Assembly: GCA_951406725.2 (NCBI GenBank)
Contig: OX597830.1
Span: forward strand, 992,001-1,056,000
Length of the DNA: 64,000 nucleotides
Direction of reading: 5' to 3'
Source of the DNA: Octopus vulgaris
Taxonomy: Eukaryota
Shown here: positions 56,037 through 64,000 of the stretch, one piece after another
How the letters are laid out: the number at the start of each line of letters is the position of its first letter
How positions within the stretch are numbered: the first letter of the stretch is position 1
Program-made: the position numbers and the translations under genes
The notes under the pieces: model-generated
What the model was told of the DNA's origin: nothing
Database searches by the model: none
What the model saw: only the letters and a program-made list of their open reading frames with translations

Positions 56037-56040
56037 ATAC
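55994..56040 (+). promoter_or_regulatory. Candidate -1 programmed ribosomal frameshift signal T_TTT_TTA plus an imperfect downstream hairpin
   Basis: cct ttt tta ggc in the ORF1 frame; RT is in the -1 frame, with no stop between 56000 and ATG 56030. Confidence 0.55.
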
Positions 56041-57775
56041 CAACTCCGAAAAACCAAAAATAGTGAATCTTTCTAACCTAAACCTGTCGACACCACAAAT
56101 AAAAATCCTTTCAAGAGGACTAAAATTCACCCCAACTCCGCAATACCCTAACCTGAGGGAAATACAGGATGACATCTCGCACTTTTGCAGAAAATTACGC
56201 CTCACAGAGGAATTTTTTGACAGAAAAACTAATAATAACGACGAATCAATGGTCTGTAACAAAAGCAACTATAATCCCATAAAAGGCAAAAACAAAACCT
56301 TAGACAAATTTTGCGATTACATCTCCAACTTCCCTTATGGTGAACTCCCACAACCTAAACTCAAACCCAACACCAGTAAAAGAGAATGGGAAATCATCCA
56401 TACGCTACGAGACAATCATGACGTCACAATAAAGGAAGCTGATAAGGGTAGTACGGTCGTTGTTATGAATACTGAGCAATATAAAAACTCTGTATCTCTC
56501 CTTTTAGAGGATACCACATACTACGAAAAAGTAGTCGACTACCAGCAATCCAAAACAATGACCAATCTGAAGGCACTCATTTACCAACACCGGAATGACT
56601 TGACAGCAAAGGAATGCGACTACATTACTAAATTTAATTGCAAAACCAGCACACTCTATGGGCTTCCAAAAATACACAAGAGTCAAATAATCACAGAAGC
56701 TTGCAAAAAGTCCACTTCAACCTGCATCACTATACCACATCCCACTGATCTCAAACTGAGACCAATAGTGGCAGGCCCAAGTTGTGAAACACACAGACTT
56801 AGCAACTTTATAGATATCATCTTAAAGCCAATACTGAAACACATTCCAAGTATTGTAAGAGATGACCTGGACCTATTAAACCATCTCCCCAAACATGCCG
56901 ATAAAGACACCTTAATCGTTTCTTTTGATGTTATTAATCTTTACACCACAATCCCACATGAATTTGGACTGGAAGCCATTAAATTCTGGCTGGATAAATA
57001 TCCCAATGAGATCCCGGAAAGAATTAAAAAAGAATTCATAATTGAGGGCCTCAAATTTATTCTGCAAAACAACTTCATGTATTTCCACAACAACACTTAC
57101 AGACAGGTCTCAGGAACTGCAATGGGTACGAAAGTTGCACCTACCTATGCAAACCTGGTGATGGCCTACCTGGAATCACATATCTATGAAAAATCCAAAT
57201 ATAAGTACGGCCAGTCTTTCCACAAATACCTGTTGGAGAACTGGAAACGCTACTTAGATGATTGCCTCATCCTATGGTCCCACACACTCGACCAACTTAT
57301 AGACTTCAAAAACCTTATCAACAGTGTAAATAACAACATTCAATTCACAATGGAATATAGTCAGGACCAACTCCCTTTTCTTGACATCCTAATCATTAAA
57401 AAAGGCGTCAACATTGAAACTGACATCCATTACAAACCCACTGACTCTAAACAATACCTTCTATTCACCTCCAATCACCCAAAACACACAAAGACAAATA
57501 TCCCCTTCAACCTAGCGAGAAGAATCTGCACTATTGTCTCAAATGACACAACACGAAATAGAAGACTCCGGGAACTAAGGGCAATTCTTCTCGAAAGACA
57601 TTACCCGGCATCACTAGTAGACAACGGAATAGAACGGGCCAAATCAATCAACATTCAAGACCTTCGAAAACCCAAACACATCCACAGTACAGTCAATAGC
57701 CTCCTTATCTCTCAACACACAACCCAAGGAATGCAGAAGCTTACACTATTATATACAACAACATTCCACAACTAA
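56030..57775 (+). CDS. PLE reverse transcriptase (1-nt frameshift near 57703 separates the endonuclease)
   Basis: IVNLS, LSRGLKF.P, ADKG, YGLPKIHK, LRPIVA, SFDVINLYT, GTAMG, RYLDD, LPFLDI, S.HP. Confidence 0.95.
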   Translation: MVDTNSEKPKIVNLSNLNLSTPQIKILSRGLKFTPTPQYPNLREIQDDISHFCRKLRLTEEFFDRKTNNNDESMVCNKSNYNPIKGKNKTLDKFCDYISNFPYGELPQPKLKPNTSKREWEIIHTLRDNHDVTIKEADKGSTVVVMNTEQYKNSVSLLLEDTTYYEKVVDYQQSKTMTNLKALIYQHRNDLTAKECDYITKFNCKTSTLYGLPKIHKSQIITEACKKSTSTCITIPHPTDLKLRPIVAGPSCETHRLSNFIDIILKPILKHIPSIVRDDLDLLNHLPKHADKDTLIVSFDVINLYTTIPHEFGLEAIKFWLDKYPNEIPERIKKEFIIEGLKFILQNNFMYFHNNTYRQVSGTAMGTKVAPTYANLVMAYLESHIYEKSKYKYGQSFHKYLLENWKRYLDDCLILWSHTLDQLIDFKNLINSVNNNIQFTMEYSQDQLPFLDILIIKKGVNIETDIHYKPTDSKQYLLFTSNHPKHTKTNIPFNLARRICTIVSNDTTRNRRLRELRAILLERHYPASLVDNGIERAKSINIQDLRKPKHIHSTVNSLLISQHTTQGMQKLTLLYTTTFHN

Positions 57776-58305
57776 ATCAAGACCCACGCCTGAAAAAAAT
57801 ACTGGCAGCTCATAAAATAATAAAAAGTAAGAGACAACCTAAATCCCTAAAAAACCTCCTCACCAACGCAAAATTACACAACACAAACCCACCGCCCACC
57901 ATCAAAAAATGTGGTCGCCCCAACTGTAAGACCTGCATTCACCTCATTGAGGGATCGTCGTACAAGTTCCACTCGGGACACACATTCATCATAAAAAATA
58001 ACTTCACGTGCGCATCAAAAAATTTACTCTACGTCATAAGGTGTGAAGGATGCCACGAAGACTACATAGGGCAAACGAGCCTTACCCTCAGAGACAGAAT
58101 GACAGTTCACCGACAACAACTGAGGGACCCCTCCACAAGACAGATACCACTAAGTGGACACTTAGACCTTTGTGCACACAATAAGTCCCCCAAATTCTTA
58201 GTCTTCCCACTATACCAATGCTCGGACAACACCACAGACCAAACACGAATAAATAAGGAAAGTAATCTTATTCAAAAATACAGACCACAACTAAACATAC
58301 TCTAA
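57706..58305 (+). CDS. PLE linker, CxxxxCxxC Zn finger and GIY-YIG endonuclease (continuation frame)
   Basis: YLSTHNPR...KCGRPNCKTC...NLLYVIRCEGCHEDYIGQT...RMTVH...KE...LN*. Confidence 0.92.
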   Translation, partial: YLSTHNPRNAEAYTIIYNNIPQLNQDPRLKKILAAHKIIKSKRQPKSLKNLLTNAKLHNTNPPPTIKKCGRPNCKTCIHLIEGSSYKFHSGHTFIIKNNFTCASKNLLYVIRCEGCHEDYIGQTSLTLRDRMTVHRQQLRDPSTRQIPLSGHLDLCAHNKSPKFLVFPLYQCSDNTTDQTRINKESNLIQKYRPQLNIL

Positions 58306-58490
58306 CATACCCCCTGGAAGCACATCCAGAGCAAGCACACAGGGACGCGCGCACGCTCACAGCATATCGTGCGGGCGGGCACATGCGCGCATCGGCACGC
58401 ATAGGACACACTAGCGGGCATTGACCACACACATACGTGGCATGCACACGCATGCATTATATATATGTAGGTGATGTATGTGTGTGAGTG

Positions 58491-58522
<32 letters not shown>

Positions 58523-58695
58523 ACTGTGTGCGTGTGTGTGTATATGCGTGTGTGTGCGCGCGTTGTGTGTGTGTGTGTGCACGTGTGTATATATGTGTGT
58601 GTGTGTGTGCACTGTGTGCGGGTGTGTGTGTATGTGTGTGTGTGTGTGTGTGAGCATTGTGTACGTGTGTATGTATTTACATATGTATCTGTTTT

Positions 58696-58742
<47 letters not shown>

Positions 58743-59541
58743 ATATGCATGGTATGTGTGTATATGTTAGTACTTTGTTTGTGTGTGTGTGCGGCATGTA
58801 GAGATATATTTGAGTGTGTACGCTATAGGTTTGTAATTTGTGTGTGTGTGGGGGGGAATTTTTTATATATATATATGTGTGTGTATGTGTGTGAAAAAAT
58901 ATATGTATGTGCATGTATGTATGTATGTATGTATGTGTGTATATATATATATATATATATGTGTATATATATGTGTGTGTGTGTATGTGTGTGTGTGTAT
59001 ATTTATTTGCATGTTTATGTGTGTATAAACATGTACATTATTTGCATGCGCATTGTGTATATGTATATTGTATGTATGTGTATTGTATATGTACGTGTAC
59101 AATTAAGTGTATATATTTGTGTGTATGTGTGCACTGTATATATGTACATTATAGGTGTGCTATATATGCATGAATACATGTATATGCATTGCGTGTATAT
59201 ATATGTATGCATTGTGTGTGTATGTATGTTATGTGTGTGTGTGTATATATATATTATATGTATGCGTACGTGTATGTGTATGCATTGTATGTATGTGTGT
59301 TGTGTGTATATGTGGTACATCTATGTATGTGTATGTAAACACTATTTATATGTATATGTGTATATAAGTATATGCATTGTCTATATATATATATATTATA
59401 TGTATGTATTGCGTATGTATATTGCATGCATATATTGTGTATGTATATTACTTACATGCTGTATGTGTGTATTGTATGTGTGTATATATATGCTAGGTGT
59501 ATTTGTGTGATATTTATATTATGTATGTATGTGTGCGTGTG

Positions 59542-59590
<49 letters not shown>

Positions 59591-59702
59591 TTATATATCT
59601 GTGTATGTTATATATAGATACATGTTATATTTGTGTGGTGTGTGTATATGTGATATATGTGGGTGCGTTGTGTGTGGGTGTGTGTGTTCTGTGTGTGTGT
59701 GT

Positions 59703-60447
59703 GTTGTTTGTATGTGGTGTGTGTTTGTATACTATGTGTGTGTGTGTGTGTGTTGTTGTGTGTGTGTGTTTGTGTGTATATATATGTGTGTGACAAACAG
59801 ACGCTGTCTGACCAGCAGGCACGGACACATCTATTCACACCCGCATACTAACCTCCTGATAACCCCAAAATCATTCATGCATAAAGGGGAAGTATACACC
59901 ACATTGGCTACTTCTTCTGTTCTCTCAGTTCAGCCTTTCTGCTAATGCTGACAGGTCAGTAAAAACATACTTAAAATATTCTGAGATGTACAAAAAATCC
60001 ATTTTAATTTTTGCTGTCAAAACGCTGTATATATATACCAAAGATTGTATATATATACATGTAATGTGACAATTTGCGACAACCAATAATTAACGCAACC
60101 AATTCCCAATAATATATTTGTTTTATCCTTTTCTGCCAAATTTTCCCAAATATTCTCATCACGCTATTGAACTTCTCTGTTACCAAACACTATATTTATA
60201 CATGTAATGTGACAATTATGTATAAAAAAACATTTTTGAATTCATAATATCCAATGTGACAATTATGTAAAAAACTTTTTTGAATGCATAATATTCAATG
60301 TGACAATTATGTAAAAAACTTTTTTTGAACCCATATTATTCAATGTTTCCTTAAATGTAACTTTTGACAATCTTTTACCAAAGAGTGAAACCGGTTAAGT
60401 AAATAAACATCGTTTAAATTGCATTTTCAAACCTTTTTTCTTATATA
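59703..60447 (+). repeat. Right (3') pLTR segment
   Basis: Mirror of 54113-54859. Confidence 0.95.
60360..60400 (+). ncRNA. Minimal hammerhead (U3-A8) in the 3' pLTR
   Basis: ACTT-TTGACAA-T-CTTTT(ACCA)AAGAG-T-GAAA-CCGG-TT-AAGT. Confidence 0.7.
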
Positions 60448-60477
60448 ATCCCACTCGTGCGATACCCCACAACTCAA

Positions 60478-60534
<57 letters not shown>

Positions 60535-60537
60535 GTA

Positions 60538-60574
<37 letters not shown>

Positions 60575-63531
60575 GCAATCAAGCCTTATGCATAGCACTA
60601 ACGGAAACACACCTGAAACCGGATATAGCAGATGCGGAGTTACACATACCACAGTATGCTGTACTACGGACCGACAGGAAAGAAAGGAGTCATGGAGGTG
60701 TTGCTATGTACATCCGTGAGGACCTCACACCCCAGGTCCTCTTGTCATACTCAAACTTGGTGTGTGACACACTAATTGTACATATTAGGCAACTTGATGT
60801 AGTTGTGTGTGCTACATATCGCCCTCCAGATGCCCCAAGCCATGTGGGCAAGTTTGAAGACTGCCTTATAAAAATAGAAGAAGTTCTAACCACATTAGAA
60901 CAACACATAAGTGTACTTCTTATGGGAGACTTCAATCTGCCAAATGTCAGATGGCCCGAGGGCCTTTCTCTCCCAGGAATGACAAGATGTGAACGAGGAC
61001 AGGCGAGGTCCCTCCTGAACCTCATCAACACCCTGTACATGGAGCAGGTAATACTCCAACCAACCAAGGCAGGTAACACACTGGATCTCTGCTTCACAAA
61101 TGACATGGATCTCATCCATAATGTGAAAGTGACACCGACACTACTCTCGGATCACAACATGATAGAGCTGACCATGTACGGGCCAAAAGAGAGCACGGAC
61201 ATGCAGCCTACAAGAAACCCCAGAATCTTTCCAGCTTGAACTACCATAAGGCAAACTGGAAACAAATTGAGAAAGAGATCCTCAAACAAAACTGGCTTAA
61301 ATGTCTCTCCTCGCCAGACATCGACGTGAAACTTCAACAATTCATGTCTGTAATGCAAGCCATATGCTACAAATATGTCCCAGAGAGAAAGGCCACTGTA
61401 CACAAGAACAAAATCCCAGAGAGAGGAAAATTCTAATGAGACGGCGTACAAAATTTTCAAATCGCCTAAACAAACAGATTGAAAGCAGTGAAAAGTCCCG
61501 CCTAAAAATAAAACAGTTGGAAATCGAAAAATGTCTGAAACTCTCCCATGAAAAGGAAAGAGCAGACAAAGAAGCCTGGGCTATAGACAACATAAAATCT
61601 AACCCCAGAGCTTTCTACAGGTATGCCAAAGAAACAGCTACGGTGCACTGTAGAATAGGGCCACTCCTCGAAAAGGATGGCACACTTACAGGAAAACCAA
61701 TGAGGGTAAGTGAAATACTGAATGAGCAATTCAAGAGTGTTTTCACTCCACCCCTTGGGCATCTCCAAATTACCAATCCAACTGACTTTTTTACCACTGC
61801 AGATATAAAATCAGAGGCGGCGACGATAGATTACATCGATATAAAGGAAGACGATGTAATCAAGGCTATAGATGAAATGAAAACAGACTCAGCTACTGGC
61901 CCCGATGGATTCCCGGCAATCGTCCTAAAAGCATGTAAGAGAGTCCTAGCAAGACCACTGCAGATCCTCTTTCAGAGCTTCCTTGCAGCTGGCAAACTTC
62001 CAAGAAAACTGAAGGAAGGTAAAATATGCCCCATTCATAAAGGAGGTAGCAGAGCGGAAGCCAAGAACTATAGACCTATCTCTCTGACCTCACACATCAG
62101 CAAGGTCATGGAACGAATAGTCAGAAGGAAGCTGATCACCTTCCTTGAAGAAATGAATTGCTGCCCGACACCCAACATGGTTTCCGACCAGGGAGAAGCT
62201 GTTTAACTCAGCTCCTACAACACTATGACTGGGTGCTGAAACGGCTGCTCAACCACTCAAATGTGGAAGTGATATATCTCGACTTTGCAAAGGCCTTTGA
62301 TAAAGTCGATCATGGAATGATATGTCACAAACTGCGTGATCTCAACATAGTTGGAAAACTGGGAGAATGGCTTCATGACTTTCTGAAAGATAGAAGTCAG
62401 GTGGTAGTGGCCAATGGGGCCACTTCCATTAACACGCAAATAGTGAGCGGTGTTCCGCAGGGCACTGTTCTGGGACCACTACTGTTCATAATGGCCCTCT
62501 CAGACATGCCCTCAGCCACGCAGAGAGCCACGATCACAAGTTATGCAGATGATACAAAAGTTTCACAGGCAATACAGAACCCTGAGGACACTAAACACCT
62601 GCAATGTGAGCTAGACAAAATATACAAGTGGGCTGCAGTTCAATGCTGAAAGTTTCAAGCTCTATACTATCAGCATGCCAAACTAAATGCAATACCCAAT
62701 GAATACACTGGACCCGGAGGAATAGCAATCCCAGAGGCACAATCAGTGCGTGACCTAGGTATTTACATGAGTGATGACGCGACCTTTCGTGTACATGTTG
62801 CTAAATTGGCAATGAAATGTAGACGACTGGCCGGATGGATCCTCAGAAACTTTAGAACAAGAGAACAAGAAACCATGATGGTCCTCTGGAGGACACTTGT
62901 CCTAAGCCACTTTGACTACTGCTCTCAGTTATGGTCACCATCCAGTGTCAAGTTGATCACAGGGCTCGAGGCGATCCAACGTAGCTACACGAAGAAGATA
63001 GCTTCTATGCAGAATGTAAGCTCAGAATGAAAGACTCAAGAAATTAAAATTATATTCCCTGGAGCGTAGGCGGGAAAGATATGCCATAATATACATCTGG
63101 AAGATCCTGGAGGGAAGTGTCCTGAAGTTTGGCATCGAGAGTTACGCAAATGCCAGAACTGGGCGCCACTGCGTGTTGCCTAGGACTCCAAACATGCCAT
63201 CAAGATGTAGGACAAGATTCTGTGATAGCCTGGGCTTCCGAGGCTCACAGCTCTTCAATATCCTCCCGAAGAACCTGAGAGACCTGCATGGGGTGGATAC
63301 AGATGTCTTTAAAATGAAGCTGGATCTCTTCCTGTCAGGTGTCCCAGATGAACCAACTTCACGGCAGGAGGGGCAGATGAGGGCAGCTGCATCGAACTCT
63401 CTCATGCACCAAATAGCAGTTGCTAGAAAGCCTTCATGAAGTGAAACCAAGTAGCAACACCAAATGGCGGTGCCCCAGCATGGCCACAGCTCATAAGCTG
63501 AAACTGGAAAAATCAAAATCAAAATCAAATC
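60575..63531 (+). mobile_element. CR1-group LINE ORF2 (APE + RT), frameshifted, with an (AAAATC)n tail
   Basis: IALTETHL, GGVAMY, YRPP, GDFN, LDL, SDH; TGPDG, NYRPISLTS, QHGF, YLDFAKAFD, GVPQG.VLGPLLF, YADD; breaks near 61225, 61420, 62155 and 62635. Confidence 0.92.
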
Positions 63532-63542
63532 ATGTATATATG

Positions 63543-63623
<81 letters not shown>

Positions 63624-63648
63624 GTATATGTATATATACATATATATG

Positions 63649-63681
<33 letters not shown>

Positions 63682-63688
63682 GTATATG

Positions 63689-63719
<31 letters not shown>

Positions 63720-63774
63720 GTATATATATGTATATGTATATATATATATATGTATATGTATATATATATATATG

Positions 63775-63807
<33 letters not shown>

Positions 63808-63817
63808 ATGTATATTG

Positions 63818-63851
<34 letters not shown>

Positions 63852-63883
63852 TGTATATGTATATATGTATGTGTATATATATG

Positions 63884-63915
<32 letters not shown>

Positions 63916-63972
63916 TGTGTATATATATATATATGTATATATACATATATGTATATATGTATATATGTATAT
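63532..63972. repeat. (TA)n/(TATG) compound microsatellite
   Basis: Visible. Confidence 0.95.
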
Positions 63973-64000
63973 GAATTGATATATTGGTTCCATTCTAGCA

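Noticed and set aside
58411-59945. Long ORFs rich in YI, CV or HT (also 18698-19399, 31803-32389, 63142-63993 and many others)
   Set aside because: Translations of TA/TG/CA microsatellites that lack stops by chance

Overview
AT-rich, microsatellite-dense animal DNA. The SINE set and TA/CA content suggest a cephalopod, probably Octopus; this is an inference. I found no host protein-coding gene, and nearly all supplied ORFs are microsatellite read-throughs. The window is a mosaic of mobile elements: a near-complete Neptune-type Penelope-like element (PLE; RT + GIY-YIG) with ~745-bp inverted pLTRs (54113-60485), a second decayed Neptune copy, two Naiad-type PLE fragments, a CR1-group LINE, RTE, HERO-like and Tc1 relics, a Helitron 3' end and many tRNA-derived SINEs. 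The main hidden signal is about a dozen type I minimal hammerhead ribozyme (HHR) motifs read by eye, most in elements inserted in (TA)n tracts. They have family-specific palindromic stem III loops and recurrent core variants (U3-A8, U3-G8, U4C). They include non-coding retrozyme-like units: a ~354-bp monomer array in both orientations and a 502-bp terminally redundant unit. The intact PLE also has a U_UUU_UUA slippery site that would fuse an upstream ORF to the RT by -1 frameshifting. All RNA folds are manual and no activity is shown.
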